Shown: positions 1 to 23,700 of the stretch, in pieces
Layout: every line of letters starts with the position of its first letter
Position numbering within the stretch: the first letter of the stretch is position 1
Assembly: GCA_963716255.1 (NCBI GenBank)
Contig: OY970303.1
Coordinates: 7,456,001-7,520,000, forward strand
Length of the DNA: 64,000 nucleotides
Source of the DNA: an uncultured Gemmatimonadales bacterium
Lineage (GTDB): Bacteria > Gemmatimonadota > Gemmatimonadetes > Longimicrobiales > Longimicrobiaceae
Direction of reading: 5' to 3'
Translations under genes and position numbers: made by a program
Notes under the pieces: model-generated
Told to the model about the DNA's origin: nothing
Databases searched by the model: none
The model's input: only the letters and a program-made list of their open reading frames with translations

Positions 1-874
1 AGCGCGTGGGCGGCTTCCGGCTGGCCTCAATCCAGCAGATGGAGGGCCGGGCCGGGGGGCAGATGCGCTACCGCTTGGCCGATCGGCTGTAGCTGGACGC
101 TTTCCTGTACCCGCTCCCCGACGCCCCCGACTGCGAGCAGGACTGCGACGCGGCCGCGGCAGCCGCCGAGATGGACGCCTTCCGCGCCGCGCTCCGGGAG
201 CTGGCGCACGCCGGCGGGTTCGACTCCCTCGCGGTGATGACGGACGAGCAGGTGCGGGTGGAGCACTGCTGCGCCGCGCCGCCGGCCGGCACCTGCGCAT
301 GCGGGGCTCCGCGCGCGGAAGGCCGGTGCGCTCGTACCTGCTGGTGTACGGCGTGGGCAGCTACATGGCGCGGGTGCGGGCCACCTTTCCGCCGGGGGTG
401 AGGCAGGACGGCCTCACCCGGGCCTTCGCGGAGGGTTTCGTGCGCGCCATCCTCCAGCGCGCGGGCGCGGCGCAGCAGTGCGCTCGGGGCGCCGCCGACA
501 CGGAGGACATCCGCAGCAGCGTGGACTCGCGCCTCGCCGCCGACGAACTGCGCGCCCGGGTTCCGGCGGCGCTCGCCGGGCTGGGCTTTGCGCGGGACCC
601 GGCAGCGAAGGAGCGCGACGCCTGGCGCACCCTCCCGGTGGAGGGGTGGCCAGCGGGAATCGACTACGGCGCCTGGGCACGGGAGGCGAGCCCCAGCTTT
701 GTGGTGGGCGTGACCCTGGAGGAGCGGCCGGGGGCCGCGCCACGGCTCACCGTCTCGGCACGGGCGGTGTCCGTCCCCGTCTCCGCCACGGAGGACCCGC
801 GGGAGCTGGGGCTGGAGCTGCGCACCGTCGGCGAGGTGCTGGGGAAGATCGAACCGCCCCGGCGCCGGGGATGA
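1..874 (+). pseudogene. Probably disrupted hypothetical gene, 5' end outside the window
   Basis: Frame 3 reads with GC-rich codon usage (RVGGFRLASIQQMEG...LADRL*LDAFLYPLPD...) through an in-frame TAG at 90-92 into ORF 171-401. Coding-like sequence then continues in another frame (GRHLRMRGSARG..., ORF 299-874), implying a frameshift near 270-295. Confidence 0.35.
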
Positions 875-1158
875 CTCGTTGGCGTTGTCTCTCGGGTCGG
901 CTTGTCCCTTGCAGGGTCGGACATCTGCGTTGGGTGCGTGATGGACGGAAAAATGGTTGTTCGATATATAACGTGGCTAGAAACACACGCTGACCCCCCC
1001 GATCGCTGAAGAATCGTAGCTGTTGACGAAGTCGTGTAGCACACTGAGAATTTTCCGACGTGATTAGTGCCGATGCGGGGAATGGGTTTGACAAGATAAC
1101 TTCAGGCTACAAAACCGCAGGATCGGCCCAACGCAACCCCCTCCCACAGCCCTAGGTT

Positions 1159-1824
1159 ATGAACGTTGAACAGAAGGCCCTGGAGCGTCTTGCTGAACTG
1201 ATCACTGTTGGTGACCGTGTACTGGCCACGCGTCGTTCACCACCGGCAAATACCATCGGCTTCGACTCGTCGGTCGATTCCCAAGCAGCATATCAGTGGT
1301 TCACGAGCGCGCAAAATATTTTGGCACGCGTGTTTGGCATCACCAGTGAACACTACAAGAACTTCAGCTCACAAAGCCATAATAAGCTTACTTATTCTCC
1401 CGTTTATCGGGCTCAAGGCGTGCTCAAGGCTGCACACGAGGATCTTGAGCGCGGCTACCTATTCGATCTGAGGCGGTTGATCGAAGCCGAGGTTTTCGAT
1501 GACCTGCTTGAGCAAGCGGACGCGCTCCTCACAGCCGGGTACTACCACCCGGCAGCTGTTGTTTCTGGATGCGTTCTGGAGGACGGGCTCAGGAAGCTCT
1601 GCATCGCCAACGGGGTCCCCCTGCCGGACAGACCAAAGCTAGATTCGATGAATGCGGAATTGGCAAAGGCAGGTCTCTATACGAAGCTCACCCAGAAGCG
1701 CATTACAGCGATCGCGGATATTCGAAACAGTGCTGCGCACGGAAAGTCGGACCAATTCTCACGACAAGATGTTGACGAGGCGGTAACTTGGATCCGCAAC
1801 TTCATGGAAGCCCAATTCTCTTGA
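1159..1824 (+). CDS. HEPN (DUF4145-like) domain protein, putative RNase/toxin
   Basis: 221 aa ORF of visibly lower GC. The C-terminal part has the HEPN-type pattern AAVVSGCVLEDGLRKLC...RNSAAH (RxxxxH). Confidence 0.7.
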   Translation: MNVEQKALERLAELITVGDRVLATRRSPPANTIGFDSSVDSQAAYQWFTSAQNILARVFGITSEHYKNFSSQSHNKLTYSPVYRAQGVLKAAHEDLERGYLFDLRRLIEAEVFDDLLEQADALLTAGYYHPAAVVSGCVLEDGLRKLCIANGVPLPDRPKLDSMNAELAKAGLYTKLTQKRITAIADIRNSAAHGKSDQFSRQDVDEAVTWIRNFMEAQFS

Positions 1825-1832
1825 TGCGTGCG

Positions 1833-1920
1833 GCGAAACACAGCGTTGAAGCTGACGGTACGTTCCATCTCATCACAACTGGCATGGCACCGAGCACACA
1901 GCTTGGTACCTTGATTTGAA
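1833..1920 (+). other. Degenerate attC-like site, its right end interrupted by the IS
   Basis: GCGAAAC-ACAGC-GTTGAAGCTGAC ... CACAGCTT just after the HEPN stop resembles R''/L''/L' boxes. No clean GTTRRRY R' box is visible. Confidence 0.3.
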
Positions 1921-3592
1921 CCCGGATCCTGCACGGGAGTGGCGCCCCGGTGGATTTCGCCTCTCGCGAGCCGGCAGATGACGGCGGAGGCGGCGACCGA
2001 GCGAGCCGGGACGTTGCCGCCGCCCTCGCAAGAGGCTCTGCCGCGGCTGATTCCGGTCTGCCGGGCGCCGCAGGGCAAAGCGGCTCCACCACCGGGCCGA
2101 TGGGCTCCGGTCTTCCTCGCCCTGCGTGCCTGCGCCAGAGACTCTCAGGCTGGCAGGGGCGGTCCCGTGCCGACCCGGCGCAGCGCCCGGAGCAGTTCTC
2201 GGCGCAGCGGCTCGGCCCGCTGGAGCTGCACGTACTGCTTGCGCGCGTGCGTGGTCAGCTTCGCCGGAAGGCGGAAGAGCCAGGCCCGCAGGCGCTTCGG
2301 CTGTGCCCGGCGCCAGCTTCCCGAGAGCGCCGTGGTGCGGAGGGTGTGGAGCATCTGATACGCCAGCGCACCCAGCGCCCAGAGCAGATGATTACCCCCC
2401 AGATCATCGACCGCCGTCTGCCCCACCGAGAGCTGTCCCAGCTCCTCGATCCGCTGCTCCACGAGCGCGCCCTGGTTGTAGAGCCGCCACGCCGAGAGGA
2501 CGCTGATCCCCGCCACGTTGCTCAGCACGTGCGCCGTCTTCTCGACCTTGTAGCTCTCCAGCTCCAGCTCGCCTTCGGCGCCCCCGATCTCGCGCCGCTG
2601 TTCCACCGTCAGCAGCCGCGCGCCGTAGATCGTGCCCGAGGCCGTCCAGAGCTTGGGGTCCTTCTGGGAGCGGCGAAAGGGCGAGAGGTGACGCCGCAGC
2701 CACTTCTGGTCGGGCACCTTGAGCACGTAGCCGACCCCGAGGGCCTCCAGCGCCTCGACCATCTTCCGGGAGAAGAACCCCTTGTCCAGACGCAGCGTGA
2801 TCTGCTCGACCCCGGCCGCGCGGAGCTGCCCCACCAGGGCCTCGATCCAGGGGATCGCCCCGGCGGCGGTGTGGGCGCTGCCCGCTCGCCAGCGCACGCC
2901 CAGGCAGTCGCCCGTCTCGGCCAGGAAGGCCACCAGCGGGTGGTGACTGGGTCGGCCCTTCTTCGTGGGGTTGTAGCCCTTTTCGGCGCCCGCCTGCTTG
3001 AGCCCGTATCGCTGCACCACCGTGCTGTCCAGCACCAGCATCACCGAGCGCGGCACTGCGCTCCTCGCCCAACGGGCACGCACCATCTGCCAGAGAACGG
3101 CGTCGAGCTGCCCCGCCAGGCGCTCCCCGCCGCGACGCAGCCAGCGCCCGTAGGTCGTTGGATCGGGCAGGCCCTTCCAGCCGAAGAGGCGGCGGATGCC
3201 GCGCCCGCCCAGCAGGCGCAGATCATCCATGCAGCCGCCGCCGTAGAGCAGCAGTACGATCCAGAGCTCCACCATCAGGCTCGGCCGGTAGGCGCCGCGC
3301 AGCCAGGCCGCTTCGGTGTCGAGCCTCTGCCCCAGCCCCAGTCGATCCCAGAGACGGCGAAGCAGCAGCAGGCCCGCTCCGTCCGTCAGCTCACCGGCCG
3401 AGTGCCGAAGCCGCAGCGGGGCCGCCCTGCCTTGCACGTGGGGTCGAGAAGCGATAGTCTGAACTCGCACCGTCTGGGTGCCTATGGTTGGGTGGAATAC
3501 TTCTGCCAGGAAGTTCCCTCAACCTACGGCCCCAGGCGGTGTTCTGCATCCTACCCCTCCCTTTTCCTACCTTCACCCGTGCAGGATCCGGG
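1921..3592 (-). mobile_element. IS1380-family insertion sequence, 1672 bp
   Basis: Perfect 17-bp terminal inverted repeats CCCGGATCCTGCACGGG (1921-1937) and CCCGTGCAGGATCCGGG (3576-3592). Direct repeat TTGAA at 1916-1920 and 3593-3597. A single transposase ORF lies inside. Confidence 0.93.
2145..3470 (-). CDS. IS1380-family DDE transposase
   Basis: 441 aa with IS1380-like motifs LTDGAGLLLL, LVLDSTV..YG.KQ.GA..GYN, HHPLVAF, RLDKGFF and YNQGALVEQRIEE. Confidence 0.9.
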   Translation of the reverse strand: MRVQTIASRPHVQGRAAPLRLRHSAGELTDGAGLLLLRRLWDRLGLGQRLDTEAAWLRGAYRPSLMVELWIVLLLYGGGCMDDLRLLGGRGIRRLFGWKGLPDPTTYGRWLRRGGERLAGQLDAVLWQMVRARWARSAVPRSVMLVLDSTVVQRYGLKQAGAEKGYNPTKKGRPSHHPLVAFLAETGDCLGVRWRAGSAHTAAGAIPWIEALVGQLRAAGVEQITLRLDKGFFSRKMVEALEALGVGYVLKVPDQKWLRRHLSPFRRSQKDPKLWTASGTIYGARLLTVEQRREIGGAEGELELESYKVEKTAHVLSNVAGISVLSAWRLYNQGALVEQRIEELGQLSVGQTAVDDLGGNHLLWALGALAYQMLHTLRTTALSGSWRRAQPKRLRAWLFRLPAKLTTHARKQYVQLQRAEPLRRELLRALRRVGTGPPLPA

Positions 3593-3627
3593 TTGAATGG
3601 TCAGACGCACTCCACCACCTCACGCCA

Positions 3628-4347
3628 GTGAACAGATTTCATACAACCCGTTCCACGGTGCTCTGCTACCTCTGCGGTGAACCTTTGGCCGACGAGGTCG
3701 ATCGCGATCATGTTCCGCCTCAGATGTTCTTCGCTCGACCTCTTCGACAGCAGCATAACATGGGTCTCGCAACTCTCCCTACACACGTTAAGTGCAATCG
3801 TAGTTATCGAACGGACGAAGAATACTTCGCCTATACGGTGTCGCCCCTGGCGATGGATAGTGTTTCCGGCCGCGCGATGACAGAGGAGATGGGCCGGCGC
3901 TTCCGCGAAGGACGCAACCAGCCGCTTGCGCTCAGCGTTCTTCGAGAATTCGAAGATCGACCCAGTGGCTTGTACTTGCCGTCTGGAAAAATCATCAAGC
4001 GTTTAAACGCGGCGCGTGTCAACCGCATCCTCTGGAAGATCACCCGAGGTCTCTTTTGCCTGGAACGACGTGAGGTCTTGCCTGAGACCATCAGTCGTGC
4101 TGTGAGCATTTACGGCCCCGATGATGAATTCCCAAATCGGTATGATTTAGTGCTTGTGGAACCTTCAAGAGGAAAATACCCTGGGGCGTTCGATTACAAG
4201 TACAAGGTGATGGAGTTAGGTGAAACGCGACTGGCACTGTGGGCAATGCTATTCTGGGATCGAGTTATCGCCTTTGTGGCATTTCATGATCTGGACTGCA
4301 GATGTGTGGAGTGTACGGACAGCGCTCCGGCTACTCCGCGCGCATAA
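3628..4347 (+). CDS. HNH-endonuclease-like protein with N-terminal zinc knuckle
   Basis: CYLCG...DHVPPQMFF...LPTHVKCN pattern and lower GC. The ORF-track start at 3478 lies inside the IS; GTG 3628 (or 3658) is the plausible native start. Confidence 0.6.
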   Translation: MNRFHTTRSTVLCYLCGEPLADEVDRDHVPPQMFFARPLRQQHNMGLATLPTHVKCNRSYRTDEEYFAYTVSPLAMDSVSGRAMTEEMGRRFREGRNQPLALSVLREFEDRPSGLYLPSGKIIKRLNAARVNRILWKITRGLFCLERREVLPETISRAVSIYGPDDEFPNRYDLVLVEPSRGKYPGAFDYKYKVMELGETRLALWAMLFWDRVIAFVAFHDLDCRCVECTDSAPATPRA

Positions 4348-4426
4348 TGTGGATTGCAGGCGATCATTGGCCAGGCATGTTCCCAAATGGTACGAGTCCC
4401 GCACGCCCGAACAGGCTTCGTTAGGT
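4342..4426 (+). other. attC-like recombination site
   Basis: GCATAAT (contains the gene's stop codon; RYYYAAC-like), inner boxes TTGCAGGCG / CGCCCGAA, and a perfect GTTAGGT (GTTRRRY) at 4420-4426. Length 85 bp. Confidence 0.45.
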
Positions 4427-4628
4427 GATGCGTGGCAGATCTCTCGGCGGCCGCAACGGATCGTGTCCGCGGTTACCGAGCGCTACCCATCTTCCTGACC
4501 TCATCCTGTTATCGCAGGTTAACGGATACCGGAGAGATCGCCGGGCGCCGCGGGAGCGTGAATTGCTCCTGCGGGGCGGCGCGGGTAGACTTCCCGCCGA
4601 CCCGAGCCCCGTACCCGGCACCGCCACG

Positions 4629-5909
4629 ATGGAACGCAGACGCATCGCCGTACCCCCGCCGGACGTCCCCGGCTTCCGCGCCGTCCCCTTCACCGGCGTC
4701 ATCTACGTCATGGCGGAGGCCTCCCGGCGCGGCTACGCGTACGGGCACCCCGACTGGTGCAACCTGGGGCAGGGGATGCCGGAGACCGGCCCCCTCCCCG
4801 GCGCGCCGCCCCGCGTGCTGGAAGCGCCCATCTCCCCGGCGGACCAGGAGTACGCCCCCGTGGCGGGGATCCCCGAGCTGCGGGCCGCCGTCGCGGCGCT
4901 GTACAACGACCTGTACCGGCGCGGAATGGCATCGCAGTACACCGCCGACAACGTGTGCATCTGCGGCGGGGGGCGGCTGGGGCTGACGCGGACGGTGGCT
5001 GCGCTGGGGGAGATCAACCTGGGGCACTTCCTCCCCGACTACACGGCGTACGAGGAGTTGCTGGACATCTTCCGCCCCTTCACCGCCATCCCCATCCTGC
5101 TGGAGGGGAGCGACGGCTACCGCTTCGACGTGGGGCGGCTGGAGCGCGAGATCATGGGGCGCGGCCTTTCCGCCCTCCTCCTTTCCAACCCCTCCAACCC
5201 CACCGGCCGCACCATCCGCGGGCTGGAGCTGGCGGGGTGGGTGGACGCGGCGCGGCGCCTGGAGTGCACCCTGCTGCTGGACGAGTTCTACTCGCACTAT
5301 GCCTGGTCCGCCACGCCGGAGGAGGGGGGGCTGGTGTCGGCGGCGCGCTACGTGGAGGACGTGGACCGCGACCCGGTGGTGATCCTGGACGGGCTCACCA
5401 AGAACTGGCGCTACCCCGGGTGGCGCACCACATGGGTGCTGGGGCCGCGCTCGGTGATCGACGCGGTCACCAGCTCGGGGTCGTTCCTGGACGGCGGGGG
5501 GAGCCGCCCCCTGCAGCGCGCGGCGCTCCCCCTGCTGGAGCCGGCCTCCGTGCGCGCCGAGACGGCGGCGATCCGCGACGCCTTCCTGCGCAAGCGCCGC
5601 ATCCTGGTGGACGGCCTGAGGGCGGCGGGGATGCGGCTGGACGTGGAGCCGGAGGGCACCTTCTACGTGTGGGCCGACCTGTCCGGCCTCCCGGAGCCGC
5701 TGGCGGACGGCGCGGGCTTCTTCGAGGCGGCGCTGGACGAAAAGGTGATCTGCGTCCCCGGCGAGTTCTTCGACATCAACCCCGGGAAGCGGCGCAGCGG
5801 CCGCCCCTCGCGCTTCCGCGGCTACGCGCGCTTCTCCTTCGGTCCGGAGGAGGCCGTGGTGGCGGAGGGTGTCCGCCGCATCGCCGAGATGGTGGCGAGG
5901 GCGCGCTGA
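4629..5909 (+). CDS. PLP-dependent aminotransferase, class I/II
   Basis: Motifs NLGQGMP, SNPSNPTG, DEFYS, DGLTKNWRYPGWR (PLP-binding Lys) and ARFSF. Confidence 0.9.
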   Translation: MERRRIAVPPPDVPGFRAVPFTGVIYVMAEASRRGYAYGHPDWCNLGQGMPETGPLPGAPPRVLEAPISPADQEYAPVAGIPELRAAVAALYNDLYRRGMASQYTADNVCICGGGRLGLTRTVAALGEINLGHFLPDYTAYEELLDIFRPFTAIPILLEGSDGYRFDVGRLEREIMGRGLSALLLSNPSNPTGRTIRGLELAGWVDAARRLECTLLLDEFYSHYAWSATPEEGGLVSAARYVEDVDRDPVVILDGLTKNWRYPGWRTTWVLGPRSVIDAVTSSGSFLDGGGSRPLQRAALPLLEPASVRAETAAIRDAFLRKRRILVDGLRAAGMRLDVEPEGTFYVWADLSGLPEPLADGAGFFEAALDEKVICVPGEFFDINPGKRRSGRPSRFRGYARFSFGPEEAVVAEGVRRIAEMVARAR

Positions 5910-5938
5910 CGCGGGCGCGCGGACCATCCGCCCCCCAC

Positions 5939-5979
5939 ACGGAGCCCGACCCCGGCGCAGCCGGGGGAACGCCCGGACC
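5939..5979 (-). repeat. Truncated copy of the structured repeat element
   Basis: ACGGAGCCCGACCCCGGCGCAGCCGGGGGAACGCCCGGACC matches the terminal part of the copies at 35872-35920 and 52771-52819. Confidence 0.7.
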
Positions 5980-6086
5980 TTCCTCCGGATCGGCAAAACC
6001 TTGTCTCCCGACCAACCGGCCCTTAGCGTGCTCCGTGCATTTCATGTCCGCAACCCTGCGGGCCACATCCCCACGCGGAGGACGTC

Positions 6087-6356
6087 ATGAGCCGTTCGTT
6101 CATCCAGCTTCGACGGGTGCTGGTCGGTGTCTCCTGCGCCGTCGTGTTCGGCTTTGGCGCGACGCAGGCGCTCGGGAGCCAGGACCGGGCGCCACGGAAA
6201 ATCTGCCCCGTCCCCGACCCGCCCGCTCCGTACTACTCCGCGGCCTGCGGGGTGGGATGCCCGGGCGAGATGGGCTACTGCGGCCAGGACGGACGGTGCC
6301 ACTGCGGCTACTTCTCGCCGATCGTGCCCCCGGGCGACGCCCCGAGTCCTTCATGA
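6087..6356 (+). CDS. Secreted cysteine-rich, defensin-like peptide
   Basis: GGAGG RBS; signal-like N-terminus ending TQALG; mature region C-x13-CxxxC-x4-GYC-x5-CxC. Confidence 0.7.
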   Translation: MSRSFIQLRRVLVGVSCAVVFGFGATQALGSQDRAPRKICPVPDPPAPYYSAACGVGCPGEMGYCGQDGRCHCGYFSPIVPPGDAPSPS

Positions 6357-6433
6357 GCCGTTCGTCCATCCGCCTGCTGTTCGGCGCTTCCTGCGCCGGC
6401 ACGGACGGGATATGCCGCTGCGGCAACTTCTGA
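6353..6433 (+). pseudogene. Internally deleted paralogue of the Cys-rich peptide (26 aa)
   Basis: MSRSSIRLLFGASCAGTDGICRCGNF matches both the N-terminus (MSRSFIQL..VGVSCA) and the C-terminus (GQDGRCHCGYF) of 6087-6356. The two genes overlap at ATGA. Confidence 0.65.
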
Positions 6434-6455
6434 CGCGCCCCTCGGGCGCGCGACA

Positions 6456-6496
6456 GGACCGGCCCCACGCCGCGCGGCGCGGGGCCGGTCCGTTTT
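6456..6496 (+). terminator. Rho-independent terminator
   Basis: GGACCGGCCCC...GGGGCCGGTCC stem followed by GTTTT. Confidence 0.7.
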
Positions 6497-6679
6497 CCGT
6501 GCGGGTCCGCCGGACCTCCGGACAGAAATCCGTTTCCGGGACCGCCAGGAGCACTCCGGCAGCATATTTCAAGACTTGACTTACCCAGACGGGCTCTCGA
6601 TTTTCCGGGGCCCCGCCGCCCGGCATCGCCCTGCCGGACGGGTGTGCGCGCGCAGTCCCTTTCGCCGGAGAAGCGAGCC

Positions 6680-20743
<14,064 letters not shown>

Positions 20744-20746
20744 CCC

Positions 20747-23700
20747 ATGACCAAGCCCACGCTTTCCATCGACGACCTCACCCCGGAGCAGCTGCAGCGG
20801 CTCCAGGAGCGCATGGCCCAGCTGCGCGGCCAGGCTCCGGCGGCCGCGGGGATCCCCCGGCGCGCCGGCTCCGGCCCCGCGCCGCTGTCGTTCGCGCAGC
20901 GGCAGATCTGGCTCCAGCACCAGCTGGACCCCGGCGGCACCCTCTTCAACGTCCCCACCGTGCTCCGGCTCCGGGGCGAGCTGGATCCCCGCGCGCTGCG
21001 CCGCGCGCTGGACGAGCTGGTGCGCCGCCACGAGCTGCTGCGCACCACGTTCGAGCTGCTGGAGGAGGGGCCGGTGCAGGTGGTGGCCCTCGCGCGCGGC
21101 GCCCCCCTCGCCGAGGCCGACCTGTCCGGGGAGGAGGACCCGGAGGCCGCGGCGCTCGAGCGCGCCGGAGCCGAGTCCGCGCGCCCCTTCGACATGGCGG
21201 AGGACCCGCCGTTCCGGGCGGCGCTGCTGCGCGTGGGGCCGCGCGACCACGTGCTCGCGCTGGTCATGCACCACGTCGCGCGCGACCGCTGGACGTCCGG
21301 CGTGCTGATGGGGGAGATCGCGGCGCTGTACCGCGCCTTCCGCGAGGGCGCGCCGTCGCCGCTCCCCGAGCCGCGCATCCAGTTCGCGGACTACGCCGTG
21401 TGGGAGCGCGAGCGGCTGCGCGGCGAGACGCTGGACCGGCTCCTCGCCTTCTGGAGCGCCCACCTGGACGGCGCCCCGTCCCCGCAGAGCCCGCCCGCCG
21501 ACCATCCCCGCGGGTCGCGGCCCATGGAGCTGGTGCGCCTCCCCCTGCCCGTCCCGGCGGACACGGCGGGCGCGCTGCGGCGCCTGGCGCGCGAGGAGAG
21601 CGGGACGGCGTACATGGTGCTGCTTGCCGTGTACCTGGTCCTGCTGCGCGGCTACACCGGCGAGGACGACCTGGTGCTGGGCACGTACGTGGGGGGGCGC
21701 ACCCGCCCGGAAACGGAGCGGCTGGTGGGGAGCCTGGCGAACACGCTGGTGCTGCGCTTCCGGGTGGAGGACGGCGCCGGCTTCCGCGGCCTCCTGCGGC
21801 AGGTCCGCGCGGTGGTCCTGGACGCGCAGCGCCACCAGGAGCTCCCCTTCGAGCGGCTGGTGGAGGAGCTCCAGCCCGTGCGCGAGCCGGGCCGCACGCC
21901 GCTCATCCGCAGCGCCTTCAACGTGTCCCGCGCCGCGCCCGCGAACCTGGAGCTGCCGGGGGTGGAGGTGGAAGTGCTCCCGTTCGCGGCCGGCGGGGCG
22001 GGGGTGGACGTGCACTGGGCGCTGGAGGAGTGGGACGAAGGGATCGTCGGCCACCTGGAGTACGACGCCGGCCTGTACCTCGCGGCAACCGCCGAGCGCC
22101 TGGCCGCCGCCTACCTGCGCCTGCTGGACGCCGCCGTCGCCGCCCCGGACACGCCGCTGGACGCGCTCCCCCTCCTCGCCCCCGCCGAGCGCGACCGCCT
22201 GCTGCACGCGTGGAACGACACCCGCCGCGCGCACCCCGCCGGCGCGTGCGTGCACGGCCTGTTCGCCGCGAGCGCCGCGCGCACCCCCCACGCCGTCGCC
22301 GTGGAGCACCGCTCCGGCACGCTCACCTACGCGGAGCTGGACGCGCGCGCCGGGCGCCTGGCGAGCGCGCTCCGCGCCCGGGGCGTGGGCCCGGACGTGC
22401 GCGTGGGGCTGTGCCTGGAGCGCGGCCCGGAGCTGATGGCCGCGCTGCTCGCCGTCCTCAAGGCCGGCGGCGCCTACGTGCCGCTGGACCCCGCCTACCC
22501 GGCGGAGCGCCTGTCCTACATGCTCCGCGACAGCGGCGCCCACGTGCTGCTGACCCAGCAGGCGCTGGCGGGACGGGTGGGGGAGTTCGGGGGCGAGACC
22601 GTCGTGGTCGATACCCCTCACCTCCCGGCCCCCTACTCCGCAAGGGGGGAGGGGGAGAACGACAACGACACGTCGGGAGCCGAGGAGCGGGAAGCCCTCC
22701 CCCAGAATTGGGGGAGGGTGGCGAGCCTAAGCGAGCCGGGTGGGGGCACCCCCGCGGACGCCAGTACGGCGTCTGCCGAGCAGGTTGCAGTTCTCCCCTC
22801 TCCCCTTGTGGGAGAGGGGCCGGGGGTGAGGGGTGAGCCCGTCGTCCACCCTGACAACCTGGCGTACGTCATCTACACCTCCGGCTCCACCGGCACCCCC
22901 AAGGGCGTGGCGCTGCCGCACCGCGCGCTCGTCAACCTGCTGCGCTGGCAGGACGCGGAATGGAGGCACCCGGAGGCCGCTGCGACGCTCCAGTTCACCA
23001 CCGTCGGCTTCGACGTGTCCTTCCAGGAGATCTTTTCCTGCTGGCTCTCCGGCGGGCGGCTGGTGCTGGTGGACGAGGACGAGCGGCGCGACCTGGGCGC
23101 CGTGCTGGACCGGCTGGACCGGGCGCGCGTGGAGCGGCTCTTCCTGCCGTACGTCGCCCTCCAGCACCTGGCCGAGCTGGGCGAGGAGCGCGGCGTGTAC
23201 CCGGCCGCGCTGCGGGAGGTGCAGACGGCCGGCGAGCAGCTGCGCGTGACCGAGCCCATCCGCCGCTGGCTGGCGGAGACCGGGGCGGCGCTCTCCAACC
23301 AGTACGGCCCGTCCGAGACACACGTCGCCACGGCGCTGGCGCTGGAGGGCGACCCGGCGGGCTGGCCGCTCCTCCCCGCGATCGGGCGGCCCATCGCAAA
23401 CGCGCGCTGCTACGTGCTGGACCCGCGCGGCGAGCCCGCGCCGGTCGGCGCGCCCGGCGAGCTGCTGCTGGCCGGCGCGTGCCTGGCGCGTGGCTACCTG
23501 GGGCGGCCGGAGCTGACCGCCGAGAAGTTCGTCCCCGACCCCTTCGCGGGGGAGCCCGGCGCGCGCGCGTACCGCACCGGCGACCGGGCGCGCTGGCTCG
23601 CCGACGGCACGCTGGAGTTCCTGGGCCGCGGCGACGCGCAGGTCAAGGTGCGCGGCCACCGCGTGGAGCCGGGCGAGGTGGAGGCCGCGCTGGAGGCGCA

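Noticed and set aside
1088..1113. TTGACA -35 box upstream of the HEPN gene
   Set aside because: The best -10 candidate (TACAAA) is only 14 nt away, so the spacing is unconvincing.
1950..3596. 548-aa ORF spanning the IS on the + strand
   Set aside because: Antisense shadow of the transposase with no recognisable motifs.
3478..3627. N-terminal extension of the HNH-like ORF
   Set aside because: It derives mostly from the IS end; the native start lies downstream.
4629..5909. Aminotransferase as a dedicated precursor-supply enzyme for the cluster
   Set aside because: It is separated from the NRPS by the peptide genes and a terminator. Nothing in the sequence links it to the pathway.
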